A stretch of DNA of 64,000 bases from Candidatus Marinacidobacterium sp. (lineage in GTDB: Bacteria > Acidobacteriota > Vicinamibacteria > Marinacidobacterales > Marinacidobacteraceae), in the NCBI GenBank assembly GCA_965202845.1, contig OZ241856.1, forward strand, positions 1,247,993 through 1,311,992. Reading direction: 5' to 3'. Shown here piece by piece: positions 30,079-39,627 of the stretch. Each line of letters opens with the position of its first letter. Positions within the stretch are counted from its first letter, which is position 1. The position numbers were made by a program, and so were the translations under genes. Below the pieces are notes generated by a model that searched no databases, had not been told where the DNA came from, and was given only the letters and a program-made list of their open reading frames with translations.

Positions 30079-30629
30079 AGCCCCGTCCCGAAGACATCCG
30101 CACCGCGGCGCTGGCCGCCGGCGAGCTGGACGCCGAGGCCGCCGCCGAAGCGCGAGCGGCGCTGGCCGATTCGCCGAGGCTCGGCGCGCTCTACGACGGC
30201 GTCCGCAACGCGCTCCGCGCGATCGCGGCGTTCCGGGAGGACGCCGGCGGCCCGCCCGCAGGGATCGGGGATCGGGTTCTCGGAAGAACCCTCCCGGTGT
30301 TCCGGCGGCTTTACGGGCGGCGTTCGCTGTGGCCCGTCTGGCTTTCCGCGGCGGCGGCCGCCGCTGCCCTGGTCGCTTTCCAGCCGCCTCCGGTTCCCGC
30401 GGCGCTGGACGAGCTGGAGCGGGTCGGTCAGCAGGTCGTCTCCTTCGCCTCCGCCGCCGGAAACCGGGCCGACCAGGTGCTGGCCGAGTGGAATGTGGTG
30501 CGCGCCTCGATGGGGGTGGCGCTGGAGGACGGCGCTGACGAGGTGGGCGAACGGATTCAGGAACTCGAAGAGGCGGCGCGCCACCGGAACCGGATTCGCG
30601 ACCGCGAGCAGGAGGAGGCATCGCCATGA
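30075..30629 (+). CDS. putative anti-sigma factor, single-pass membrane protein
   Basis: GTGA overlap with the sigma factor stop; one TM helix (LWPVWLSAAAAAAALVAF); position and topology typical of ECF anti-sigma factors. Confidence 0.5.
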   Translation: MKPRPEDIRTAALAAGELDAEAAAEARAALADSPRLGALYDGVRNALRAIAAFREDAGGPPAGIGDRVLGRTLPVFRRLYGRRSLWPVWLSAAAAAAALVAFQPPPVPAALDELERVGQQVVSFASAAGNRADQVLAEWNVVRASMGVALEDGADEVGERIQELEEAARHRNRIRDREQEEASP

Positions 30630-31045
30630 ACCGCTCTCCCGGCTGGGCCGGCGCCCTTTCGATCTTCTTTCCGGGATTGGGGCACTTCTATGCCCGGGCG
30701 ACGCACCGGGCGCTCGCCCTGGCGGCGTCCTGGGTCGCTCTCCTCGTCAGCATCGGACACCATGAGGGGCTGGCCCTTCTGGTCGCGGCGGTCTGGGTCT
30801 TCGGCATCGTGGACGCGATCCGCACCGCCGAGGAGGGGATTCGGGCGTCCGCCGAAGGGCGCGAACCCGCCATCGGACTGGATCGACGCTGGGCCTGGGG
30901 ACTGGTCGCCATCGGCGTCCTCGCGGTGCTGGCGGCGACCCCGGCGCTGCGCTGGCTGATCCGGCTCTGGCCGGCGATCCTGATCGGGATCGGAATCCGC
31001 ATTCTGCGCGACCGCCCCTCCGATGCGGTCGCGAGCAAGGAGTAG
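30626..31045 (+). CDS. TM2-domain-like membrane protein
   Basis: ATGA overlap with the previous gene; N-terminal ALSIFFPGLGHFYA motif resembling the TM2 domain; four predicted TM helices. Confidence 0.5.
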   Translation: MNRSPGWAGALSIFFPGLGHFYARATHRALALAASWVALLVSIGHHEGLALLVAAVWVFGIVDAIRTAEEGIRASAEGREPAIGLDRRWAWGLVAIGVLAVLAATPALRWLIRLWPAILIGIGIRILRDRPSDAVASKE

Positions 31046-31050
31046 GAACC

Positions 31051-31278
31051 ATGGCGAAAGAAACCCCCTGGGGAGGCGTGATCCTCATCGTGCTCGGCGC
31101 GATCCTGCTGCTTTCCACCCTCGACATCGTGCCCATCGACGACGTCCTCCGGTTCTGGCCGGTCCTGCTGATCCTGGTGGGGCTGAAGCTGGTCATGCAG
31201 CAGCGGGACCGGAATCGGCCGCCGGACGCGCCTCCGGCGGCGCCGGATGAGGAACCCCCGCCTCCCCCGCCGCAGTGA
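31051..31278 (+). CDS. DUF5668 / LiaF-N-terminal-like small membrane protein
   Basis: 75 aa; two TM helices (GGVILIVLGAILLL, FWPVLLILVGLKLV) followed by a Pro-rich tail. Confidence 0.5.
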   Translation: MAKETPWGGVILIVLGAILLLSTLDIVPIDDVLRFWPVLLILVGLKLVMQQRDRNRPPDAPPAAPDEEPPPPPPQ

Positions 31279-32840
31279 CCCCGACTCCCGGATCCCGCTC
31301 GCCGAACGGCTGCGTTCCGGCGTTCGGGGTTCTCCTGATCGGGGCCGGGCTGGTCGGCATCGCCGCCATGTTCGGCGGAGCGGCGATCCTGGGCGCGCTG
31401 ACGGCGGCGCTCCCGACCGCAGCCCGCTGGTGGCCGGCGTTTCTCATCGTCTACGGGATCCTGCGGCTGACCGGAAAGCTCGGTTCCGACCGTCCGGGCT
31501 GCGTCGAAATCCTGCTGCTCGCGCTGTTCTTGGCGCTGGGCGTCTCGCTGTCCCTGGTCCACCGGATGGCGGGAGACGATCTCGGCGTCTTCCGCGAATG
31601 GATCGAGCGGCGGAACGCCTCGTTTCCGGGAAGAACGCACCGGCACGAAATCACGGTGCCGGTTTCCCCGGAGGCGAGCCGTCTGATCCTGCGCCTGCCG
31701 TGGGGCGGCGTCCAGGTCCGAAGCAACGCCGAAGACGAGGTCCGCCTCGCGCTGGAGGCAAGAGCTTGGACGGACGCCGAACCCGCCTGGCCGCGCCTGC
31801 TCGCCGCATCCGGTGAGGACGGCATCGAAGTGGGCGTCGAAACCCCGGAGGGCTGGGAATCGGGGCTGCACCTGACCGTGGACGCGCCGCCCCGGCTGGC
31901 GCTCGAAGTGGAGACCGGCGAGGGCGGCGTCCGGGTGGAGGGGCCGTTTGCGGGGGTCGTCGCACGGGGCGGCGCGGGGCCGGTCGGGGTGTTCGGGGCG
32001 CGGGGCCCGGTGCGGGCCGGGACGGATGGGGATTCGATCCTCGTCCGGGAAGTCGAGGGATCGGTCCAGGTGCGGGGAGCGGACGCCGCCGTCGAAGTGG
32101 AGAGCATCTCCGGTTCGGTCGGGGTGGAGGTTCGGGAAGGGTCGGTCCGGATCGGGACGGTGCGCGGCGAAGTCCGGGTGGACGCCCGGGATGCGCCGGT
32201 CCGGGTCGCCGGGATCGCCGGTTCGGTGCGCGTCCGCACTGCGGACGGGCCGGTCGCGCTCGCTCGGATTGACGGGGACGCCGCCGTCGAGGGCGTCGGA
32301 GATGTCCTGGCGTCCGGGGTCGCGGGCGCTCTCGAGGTCTCGCTGGGCGACGACAGCCCGGTGGTCGTCCAGGATGCCGGAGGGCGGGTCCGTATCCTCG
32401 GAGATCACGCGCTGGCGCGAGCCGTCGGCATCGGCGGACCGCTGGACATCCGTACTGCGGATGCGCCGGTCTTCGCTTCCGAACTCGCCGTCGGCGCCTC
32501 CATTCGGGGCGGCGCGGGCGCCATCCGAATCCGGCAGGCGGCCGGCCCGGTCGCCATCACCACCGGCGAGGGCGCCATTGACATCGCCGCCGAAGCGGCG
32601 CCCGCCCGCATGACGCTTTTCTCGGAAGCGGGCGGCATCCGCCTCGCCCTTCCCCGGGATGCGGCGTTCCGAATTTCTGCAACCAGCGGAACCGGAAGCC
32701 CCGAAAGCGACTTTCCGCTGACCGAAGGCGGGGACGGCGTCTGGACCCTGGAGCGCGGGGGCGGCGGACCGGAGCTGGATTTGGCGGCGCCCGCCGGAGC
32801 CATCCGCATCGTCCGCCTGCCCGAAGGGGGCCCCGAATGA
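31275..32840 (+). CDS. DUF4097 (LiaG/LiaF C-terminal-like putative adhesin, beta-helix) family protein with N-terminal TM region
   Basis: ATGA overlap with the previous gene; N-terminal TM helices followed by long V/G/R-rich beta-strand repeats (VRVEG, VEVESISGSVGVEV...) typical of DUF4097. Confidence 0.6.
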   Translation: MTPTPGSRSPNGCVPAFGVLLIGAGLVGIAAMFGGAAILGALTAALPTAARWWPAFLIVYGILRLTGKLGSDRPGCVEILLLALFLALGVSLSLVHRMAGDDLGVFREWIERRNASFPGRTHRHEITVPVSPEASRLILRLPWGGVQVRSNAEDEVRLALEARAWTDAEPAWPRLLAASGEDGIEVGVETPEGWESGLHLTVDAPPRLALEVETGEGGVRVEGPFAGVVARGGAGPVGVFGARGPVRAGTDGDSILVREVEGSVQVRGADAAVEVESISGSVGVEVREGSVRIGTVRGEVRVDARDAPVRVAGIAGSVRVRTADGPVALARIDGDAAVEGVGDVLASGVAGALEVSLGDDSPVVVQDAGGRVRILGDHALARAVGIGGPLDIRTADAPVFASELAVGASIRGGAGAIRIRQAAGPVAITTGEGAIDIAAEAAPARMTLFSEAGGIRLALPRDAAFRISATSGTGSPESDFPLTEGGDGVWTLERGGGGPELDLAAPAGAIRIVRLPEGGPE

Positions 32841-33727
32841 GGCGTCTCACGCAGACCGCCGGGCTGCTGCTAGCCCTCTTCGGCTGCGCCGGCGAACGGG
32901 TCGAACGACAGGCGGTGGAGACGATCCGGCTGCCGGAGACGCTCCTCCGGCTGGAGACCGACATCCACGACGGGGACGTTCGGCTCCGGGGCAGCGAGGG
33001 ACCGGCGGAGCTCGTCATCGAACGCCGCGCCTGGGCCGGCTCGGCGGAGGCTGCGGAAGCGGCGCTCGACCGGCTGGCGGTGCGGGCCGACCTGGACCCG
33101 ACCACCGGAGCGTTCCAGGCGACGAGTCACGACCTCGTCGCCGGAGTCCCGGCGTTCCTGTTCGGGGAGTCGGTCTCCCTGACCCTCACCTTCCGCATCC
33201 CGCCCGGAACCCCGGTCCGGATTCGGGTCCGGGACGGGAACCTGAATCTGGAAGGTCTGACCGGGCCGGTGGACGCCTGGACCGCCGACGGAAGGGTGCT
33301 CGCCCGGCGGGTCGGCGCAGCGGATACGCCGGTGCGCCTCGGATCCGGCGACGGGCGGATCGACGGACGGGACCTGCGCGGCAGGATCGATGCGGAGACC
33401 GCGGACGGGAGCATCCGGCTCGAAGGCCGGCTCGAAGAGGTGACCGCGTTCACCGCCGACGGCCGGGTGGAAGTGGACGGACGCCGGACGGAGCGCATCA
33501 CCGGCGACTGGCGGATCCGGAACGCGGACGGCGGCGTGACTCTGATGCTTCCGGAGGGACTCCCGGCGCATCTCGACGTCACCGCCGGAGAGGGCGTCCG
33601 CGGCGACGCGGCGGCGGACCGGGACGCCTTGTTCTTCCAACGGAGCGGGCCGGCGGGGGCGCCCCATATCCTCATCGTCGCCCCCGACGGCCCCGTCCGG
33701 CTCTCCGCCGGCGACCCGGACTCCTGA
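32837..33727 (+). CDS. DUF4097 family lipoprotein
   Basis: ATGA overlap with the previous gene; lipobox LALFGCAG; DUF4097-like repeats (GDVRLRG, GSIRLEGR). Confidence 0.6.
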   Translation: MRRLTQTAGLLLALFGCAGERVERQAVETIRLPETLLRLETDIHDGDVRLRGSEGPAELVIERRAWAGSAEAAEAALDRLAVRADLDPTTGAFQATSHDLVAGVPAFLFGESVSLTLTFRIPPGTPVRIRVRDGNLNLEGLTGPVDAWTADGRVLARRVGAADTPVRLGSGDGRIDGRDLRGRIDAETADGSIRLEGRLEEVTAFTADGRVEVDGRRTERITGDWRIRNADGGVTLMLPEGLPAHLDVTAGEGVRGDAAADRDALFFQRSGPAGAPHILIVAPDGPVRLSAGDPDS

Positions 33728-33734
33728 CCCCGTT

Positions 33735-36296
33735 TCAGGGGGAGTGGCGGGAGGCGGCGATCAGGTTGGCGAGCAGGCGGAAGGCGCCGGGAACCGCTTC
33801 CCCGAGCTGGCGGTGGAGCGCGAAGGCGAAGTAGGTGTACCGCCCCCGCCCCGCCTCGGCGGTCAGCGCCCCGCCCCGCTGCGGCGCCTGCCCCTCGTCC
33901 GCCGTCTCGAAGAGCGGCGTCCAGGCCGGGTCCCACTCGCTCCAGAACTTGGAGCCGCGCTGCTCCACCCAGCCCTCGAAGTCGGCGGAGCCGATCCGGT
34001 TCGGCCAGGTCAGCAGCGGATGCTCCGGCGCGAGAAGGATCACCTCGCTGTCCTCCTCGGAGACCTCCTCGGCGTTCGGTGGAAGGACGCCGGGAAAGGG
34101 AGCGTGCTCCGCCGGGTTCAGTTCGGCGGTGTTGTAGAGAACGACCAGGTGCCCGCCGGCCTCGACGTACTCCAGCAGGCGCCGGTTCGCCCGCGCCAGG
34201 TCGGGGCGCACCGCATAGGCGCGGGTTCCGGTGAGGATCGCGTCGTACTGCCCCAGATCGCCGGCGTCCAGCGCCGCGGCGTCCAGCAGGTCCACCGTCG
34301 CTCCCAGCGCCTCGATCCCGGCCGGCACATCGTCCCCGACGCCCACCACATAGCCCACCCGCAGCCCGGCGGGGACCGCTGCCGGAACCGACGCCACCCG
34401 GAGTTCGGCGGGGCGCATCAGGTAGCGGAGCGGCAGGTCCCGGTGCGCGATCCGTTCGTGGCTGGCGGCTGGCCGGAACGCGCCGTCCGCATCCGCAGCA
34501 AGGGTCGCCCGAACCCGGTGCGTTCCCTGCTCGCCCGCCGGGCGGAGACGGAAGGAAATCCGCACGCTCTCTCCAGCGCGTTCGAACCGGACCTCGCGTT
34601 CCGCCGGCTCGAAGCTCCAGCCCGCCGGCGTTTCGAGGGAAATCCGAAACGCGCCGGGCGCGCGCCCGGCAGCCAGCAGGCGCGCCTCGATCTCCGGCTC
34701 GCCGGCGCGGACCGCCGCGAACCCCGGAGTGAAGGCGAGCGAGACCGGGGGCAGGATCTCGAGCTCGCGCCGCTCGTTCCCGAAGGGGAGGTTGGACTCG
34801 ACCCGCTCGACCGGGACGGAGTACGCCGCCTCCACCGTCTCGCTCTCGCCGGCGGGAATGCGGAAGGTCGCCGACGCAAGGAAGGCGGGCGGCGGGGCCG
34901 CCAGCGTCCCGTCGCCGCGGGTCTGGTAGCGGGACTCGCCGATCCCGGAGCGCGTCACGTGGGGTTCCAGCGCCGGCGCATCCTCCGGCAAGCCGACCCG
35001 GAAGCGGCGCGTCAGCCCGGCTCGAACCGCCACCGCCGCATCCCCGTCCAGGTCGGTCCCCTCCGGGACGGTCAGATCGAGCGCGAGCGCCGCAGCCGGA
35101 GGCAGGGCGCGTCCTTGCGCCTCGACCTCGAACCGCTGGCCGGGAACGACCGGCGGCAGGAAGGCGCCGCCGCCGTCGGGCAGGCGGGCGGTCGCTTCCA
35201 GCTCCACGCCGGCGGCGTGACGGATCGCCTCCAGAAGCTGCGCCTCCTTCACTTCCAGTTCGTGCCGGACGTCGAAGAATCCGGACGGCGACCGCTCGCC
35301 CAGCAGCGAACGCACCGCGGCGAGCGCGGCGCCGAGCGCCGGGACGCTCGCCTCCGGCTGCAGCCAGTCAAACCCGGCGGCGATCTCCCGGAAGCGCTCG
35401 TCGATCCCTTTGAGGAGCGTCCGGAGCCGCTCCGGAACCAGCCCGACGAACCGTGCGCCGAGCGACGCCCGCTCCGGTCCCAACAGCTCCAGCAGGTCGT
35501 CCGTTCCCCCATCAGCGGGGAAGGCCCGACGGAGGGACACGCTTTCGCGGCCGCTTTCGCGCACCACGCCTCCGGTCTGGGACCGCTGGAGCGAGAGGCC
35601 GATGGCCCCGAGCTCGTGGAACGAATGGTCGAGCCAAGGGCGGGACCCGGTCAGATCCACCGAAACGCCCGCCTCCCCTTCCCGCGCCGGAAGGAAGAGC
35701 GCGGCGGGCAGGAAGGCGCGCCGTCCCTCGCGCGGCGGAAACGCGGTCGGGTCCGGTGCCCCGTCCCAGGCCCGCATCGTCAGCCGCCCGGCGAACTGGT
35801 GCTGGCCGTGCCCGTCCCGGGGATCGCCGGTGAAGCGGGCGAGGATCGCCATCGGCCGCTCGCGGCGCACCACCTCCACCACGTCCCGAAGCGCCTCCTC
35901 CTCGTCCCAGGCGCGGAGCGCCTCGGCGAGGCTTTTGGAATAGCCGTAATCGGCGAGCGGCGTGAAGTAGATGCGGTCCAGTCCGTACCACTCCCCGGCG
36001 ACCGTCAGCTCCGCCGCTCGGATCCAGCCGAGGCCGTCGAAAAGCTCCGGTCCGATCGCGTTCGCGCCCGCCTCTCCCCGGGTCAGGCTCAAAAGCGCGA
36101 CGCGCGCGCCGAGTCCGCGGCTCAAGAGCGCCAGCAGCCCCGCCTGCTCGTCGTCCGGGTGCGCGGTGATCTGGAGCGCCGAACCGGTGGTCTGGAGTTT
36201 CTGGATCCAATGCCAGGCCTCCCCGGCCCGTCCGCCGCTCCCGGCGGCCGGCGCGGCCAGCAGCAGGAGCGGCAGAAGGAGGCGAAAAGACGTCAT
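33735..36296 (-). CDS. PIG-L/LmbE family N-acetylglucosaminyl deacetylase fused to ThuA-like class I glutamine amidotransferase-like domain, secreted
   Basis: 853 aa from MTSFRLLLPLLLLAAPAAG (signal peptide); HPDDE zinc motif; C-terminal ThuA/GATase1-like fold (AILTGTRAY...GGHLVVLY). Confidence 0.7.
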   Translation of the reverse strand: MTSFRLLLPLLLLAAPAAGSGGRAGEAWHWIQKLQTTGSALQITAHPDDEQAGLLALLSRGLGARVALLSLTRGEAGANAIGPELFDGLGWIRAAELTVAGEWYGLDRIYFTPLADYGYSKSLAEALRAWDEEEALRDVVEVVRRERPMAILARFTGDPRDGHGQHQFAGRLTMRAWDGAPDPTAFPPREGRRAFLPAALFLPAREGEAGVSVDLTGSRPWLDHSFHELGAIGLSLQRSQTGGVVRESGRESVSLRRAFPADGGTDDLLELLGPERASLGARFVGLVPERLRTLLKGIDERFREIAAGFDWLQPEASVPALGAALAAVRSLLGERSPSGFFDVRHELEVKEAQLLEAIRHAAGVELEATARLPDGGGAFLPPVVPGQRFEVEAQGRALPPAAALALDLTVPEGTDLDGDAAVAVRAGLTRRFRVGLPEDAPALEPHVTRSGIGESRYQTRGDGTLAAPPPAFLASATFRIPAGESETVEAAYSVPVERVESNLPFGNERRELEILPPVSLAFTPGFAAVRAGEPEIEARLLAAGRAPGAFRISLETPAGWSFEPAEREVRFERAGESVRISFRLRPAGEQGTHRVRATLAADADGAFRPAASHERIAHRDLPLRYLMRPAELRVASVPAAVPAGLRVGYVVGVGDDVPAGIEALGATVDLLDAAALDAGDLGQYDAILTGTRAYAVRPDLARANRRLLEYVEAGGHLVVLYNTAELNPAEHAPFPGVLPPNAEEVSEEDSEVILLAPEHPLLTWPNRIGSADFEGWVEQRGSKFWSEWDPAWTPLFETADEGQAPQRGGALTAEAGRGRYTYFAFALHRQLGEAVPGAFRLLANLIAASRHSP

Positions 36297-38068
36297 CCGG
36301 AGCGCGGAACCGCGACCGTGATGCCCAGTTCGGCGAGCTGCGCCGGGTCCACCGCGGCCGGGGAGCCGGTCATCAGATCGGCGGCGGAGGTGGTCTTGGG
36401 GAAGGCGATCACATCCCGCAGGCTGCTGCTTCCGGACGCCAGCATCGCGATCCGGTCGAAGCCGAGCGCGATCCCGCCGTGGGGGGGCGTCCCGTACTGA
36501 AGCGCCTCGAGGAAAAAGCCGAAACGCTCGGCGGCTTCCTCCCGGGGGATGGAGAGCGCGTCGAAGATGCGCTGCTGGACCTTCGGATCGTGGATCCGGA
36601 TGCTGCCGCCGCCCAGTTCGTAGCCGTTCGCGATCACGTCGTAGGCGACCGACCGCGCCTCGAGCGGATCGGACTCCAGCTTGTCGAGATCTTCGGGGCG
36701 CGGGCTGGTGAATGGATGGTGCACCGAGGTCAGCCGCCCCTCCTGCTCCGAGAACGCAAAGAGCGGAAAGTCGGTCACCCACGCCATCCGGAAGGCGCCG
36801 TCCGGAATCCAGCCTTCGGAAGCCGCCAGCTGGCGTCGCAGCGCGCCCAGGGCCGTACAGGCTTCGGTGGAGTCCCCGCCGACCATCAGCAGCAGGTCGC
36901 CCGGCCCCCCGCCGGCCGCCTCCAGCAGGGCGGTGAGGCGATCGGCGCCCAGCGCCTTCAGCAGCGGCGAACGGATCGTCCCCCCGTCCACGAACCCCGC
37001 CCGGAAGAGACCGGCGGCGCCTTCGGCGCGGGCCGAAGCTTCCAGGACGTCCAGCCGCTTACGGGAAAACCCGCCGCAGCCGGGCGCCGCGAAGCCGTGG
37101 ATCCGCCCGCCGGATTCGAGGATGGAATCGAGGATCGGATGCCCGCCGGAGGCGAGCGCGGTCAGGTCGCGAATCTCCGCGCCGTAGCGAAGATCGGGCC
37201 GGTCCACTCCGTACCGGGACATCGCTTGGGCGTGGGTGAACCGGGGAAACGGGGTCTGGACCTCGATGTCCACCGCCTGGAGCGCCCGCGCGAAGAGCCC
37301 TTCGGTGATCTCGAAAATCTGCTCCTGGTCGGGGAAGGACATCTCGATGTCCACCTGGGTGAACTCCGGCTGGCGGTCGGCGCGCAAATCTTCGTCCCGG
37401 AAACAGCGCACGATCTGGTAGTAGCGGTCCAGCCCGCCCACCATGAGCAGCTGCTTGAAGAGCTGGGGCGACTGCGGCAGCGCGTAGTGCTCACCCCGGC
37501 GCACCCGGGAGGGCACCAGGTAGTCGCGGGCGCCCTCCGGGGTGGAGCGGGTCAGGAAGGGGGTCTCCACCTCCACGAAATCGTGGGCGTCCAGGTGGGC
37601 GCGGATTTCCCTGGCGAGCCGGGCGCGGATGCGGAGATTGCGCTGCAGTCGGGGATGCCGGATGTCCAGGTAGCGGTAGCGCAGCCGCAGGTCCTCCCCC
37701 ACCCCGTCGGTGGAGAGCGGGGGAAAGGGCGGGGTGCGGGATTCGTTGAGGACGTGGATGGCCCGGGCCTCGACTTCGATGGCGCCGGTGGCGATGCCCG
37801 GGTTGCGGTTCTCCGGGGCGCGACGGATCACGGTTCCCTGGACCGCGAGCACCCACCAGGCGCCAGCGCGCGCCGCCTCGCCCGCCGCCGGGGAGTCGGG
37901 GCGCACCACGATCTGGGTGTGTCCGTGGTGGTCGCGGAGATCGAGAAAGAGAAGGCCGCCGAGATCGCGCACCTTTTCCACCCAACCCATCAGCGTCACC
38001 CGGGCGCCGGCGTGCTCCTCCCGGAGCTCGGCGCAGTGGTGCGTCCGCCGGGACGGGACGCCGCTCAT
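36293..38068 (-). CDS. aspS: aspartate--tRNA ligase
   Basis: 591 aa from MSGVPSRRTHHCAEL; class II aaRS motifs, the GAD insertion domain, FRDEDLRADRQPEFTQ. Confidence 0.9.
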   Translation of the reverse strand: MSGVPSRRTHHCAELREEHAGARVTLMGWVEKVRDLGGLLFLDLRDHHGHTQIVVRPDSPAAGEAARAGAWWVLAVQGTVIRRAPENRNPGIATGAIEVEARAIHVLNESRTPPFPPLSTDGVGEDLRLRYRYLDIRHPRLQRNLRIRARLAREIRAHLDAHDFVEVETPFLTRSTPEGARDYLVPSRVRRGEHYALPQSPQLFKQLLMVGGLDRYYQIVRCFRDEDLRADRQPEFTQVDIEMSFPDQEQIFEITEGLFARALQAVDIEVQTPFPRFTHAQAMSRYGVDRPDLRYGAEIRDLTALASGGHPILDSILESGGRIHGFAAPGCGGFSRKRLDVLEASARAEGAAGLFRAGFVDGGTIRSPLLKALGADRLTALLEAAGGGPGDLLLMVGGDSTEACTALGALRRQLAASEGWIPDGAFRMAWVTDFPLFAFSEQEGRLTSVHHPFTSPRPEDLDKLESDPLEARSVAYDVIANGYELGGGSIRIHDPKVQQRIFDALSIPREEAAERFGFFLEALQYGTPPHGGIALGFDRIAMLASGSSSLRDVIAFPKTTSAADLMTGSPAAVDPAQLAELGITVAVPRSG

Positions 38069-38580
38069 CGGGCTTCGCGCCGGTAGCGGTTCTTGAGGTC
38101 CACGTAGCGCGCCGCCGAGCGGGCCAGATGCTCGATCTCCTGGTCGGTCAGCGGCCGGACCACCCGCCCCGGCGTCCCCCGAACCAGCATCCGCGGCGGA
38201 ACCGAAAGGCCGGGAGGCACGACCGCGCCGGCGGCGACCATCGCCTCGTCGCCGATCGAGGCCCGATCCAGCACCACCGCCCCCATGCCGATGAGGCAGC
38301 GCCGTCCGATTCGACAGGCGTGCGCGATGGCGCGGTGGCCGACCGTCACTTCGTCGCCGATTTCGGTCCATTCCTCGCCGGAGTTGACGTGAACCACCAC
38401 CCCGTCCTGGAGGTTGGAGCGCGCTCCCACCCGGATCCGGTTGGTGTCCCCGCGCAACACCGCGCCGAACCAGACCGAGACGTCCTCCCCGAGCGCCACG
38501 TCCCCGATCAGGGCGGCGCCGGGGGCCAGGAAGGCGGAGGGCGGAACGACGGGCGCATGGTTCCCGAACGGCAGGATCAT
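38065..38580 (-). CDS. gamma-class carbonic anhydrase / hexapeptide-repeat family protein
   Basis: Left-handed beta-helix hexapeptide repeats; start MILPFGNH; 4-nt overlap with the aspS start. Confidence 0.75.
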   Translation of the reverse strand: MILPFGNHAPVVPPSAFLAPGAALIGDVALGEDVSVWFGAVLRGDTNRIRVGARSNLQDGVVVHVNSGEEWTEIGDEVTVGHRAIAHACRIGRRCLIGMGAVVLDRASIGDEAMVAAGAVVPPGLSVPPRMLVRGTPGRVVRPLTDQEIEHLARSAARYVDLKNRYRREAR

Positions 38581-38675
38581 GGGAGGATCGGAGGGGAGGA
38601 GGTCGGGAAGCGCGGGGTCCCGGGAAAAGCGCGGCGAGCGTAGCACGACGCGCCGCTGGCTAGAATCCGGTTCCG

Positions 38676-39623
38676 GTGGCCAGGCAGCACATCAATCTTC
38701 GCGCCCGCATGCGCAATCTGAAGGGCGGTCTTCTCGAAATCCTGCGGCCGCCCGAGCCGGAGGTCAGCCCGATCACCGGCCAGCCCCGGGAGCATCTGCA
38801 CGCCGGAGCGCACGGAAGGCGGAACGGGTCCGCGGTGGCGTTTCTGGCCCACGCGGCGATCCTGGGCTTGATCCTTTCCGGCTGGTTCGCCTCGGCGCCG
38901 CCCCCGGAAGACGACTCCTTCGATCTCCCCGACCTGGTCTTCGTGGTCACCCCGGGGCCGGGAGGCGGCGGAGGCGGCGGCGGGGACGAATCGGAGGAGG
39001 AGCCGCCGGCGCCCCTCCAGCTCGCCGGGGAGGATCTGGCCCGGCTGGCGGTCGCCGCCCTGCCCCAGCCCGACGAGCTGATCTTCGACGATCCCGATAT
39101 TCCCAACGAGGAGCCCGAGCCGGACCTCGAGGACGCGGTGATCGCGCCCTTCGTTTCGGCGCTGCCGGACCCGGAGGATCTGGCCGGGTTGATCCGGGAT
39201 GCGAACGAAGTCCTCGCCAACCGGCGGGCCGGAAGCGGACGCGGCGGGGGAGGCGGAACCGGCGAGGGCGGCGGCATCGGCGAGGGCTCCGGGGACGGGA
39301 TCGGCAAGGGCTTCGGCGGCGGCTTCGGCGGCGGGGCCTACCGGATCGGAAGCGGGGTGGAGCCGCCGCAACTCCGCCGGCAGATCACCCCCGAATACAC
39401 CGACGACGCGCTGGCGCGGAAAATCGAGGGCACGGTGATCCTCGAAGTGGTCATCCTGAAGAACGGCCGCATCGGTCCGGCCCGGGTGCTGAAAAGCCTC
39501 GATCCCGGCCTCGACCACAAGGCCATCGTCGCGGTCCGCGAGTGGACCTTCCTGCCCGGCCGGTTCCAGGGCGATCCGGTGGATGTGATCGCCGAGATCG
39601 AGGTGGAATTCCGGCTGCTGTAG
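38676..39623 (+). CDS. TonB-family energy transducer (C-terminal TonB domain)
   Basis: N-terminal TM helix; Pro/Glu/Gly-rich spacer; C-terminal TonB_C motif (ITPEYTDDALARKIEGTVILEVVILKNGRIGPARVLKSLDPGLDHKAIVAVREWTFLPG). Confidence 0.75.
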   Translation: MARQHINLRARMRNLKGGLLEILRPPEPEVSPITGQPREHLHAGAHGRRNGSAVAFLAHAAILGLILSGWFASAPPPEDDSFDLPDLVFVVTPGPGGGGGGGGDESEEEPPAPLQLAGEDLARLAVAALPQPDELIFDDPDIPNEEPEPDLEDAVIAPFVSALPDPEDLAGLIRDANEVLANRRAGSGRGGGGGTGEGGGIGEGSGDGIGKGFGGGFGGGAYRIGSGVEPPQLRRQITPEYTDDALARKIEGTVILEVVILKNGRIGPARVLKSLDPGLDHKAIVAVREWTFLPGRFQGDPVDVIAEIEVEFRLL

Positions 39624-39627
39624 GCCG

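Noticed and set aside
38760-39360. Gly/Pro-rich low-complexity DNA (GGCGG runs) in the TonB gene, considered as a possible repeat element
   Set aside because: It is in frame and encodes the typical Pro/Glu/Gly-rich periplasmic spacer of TonB proteins.
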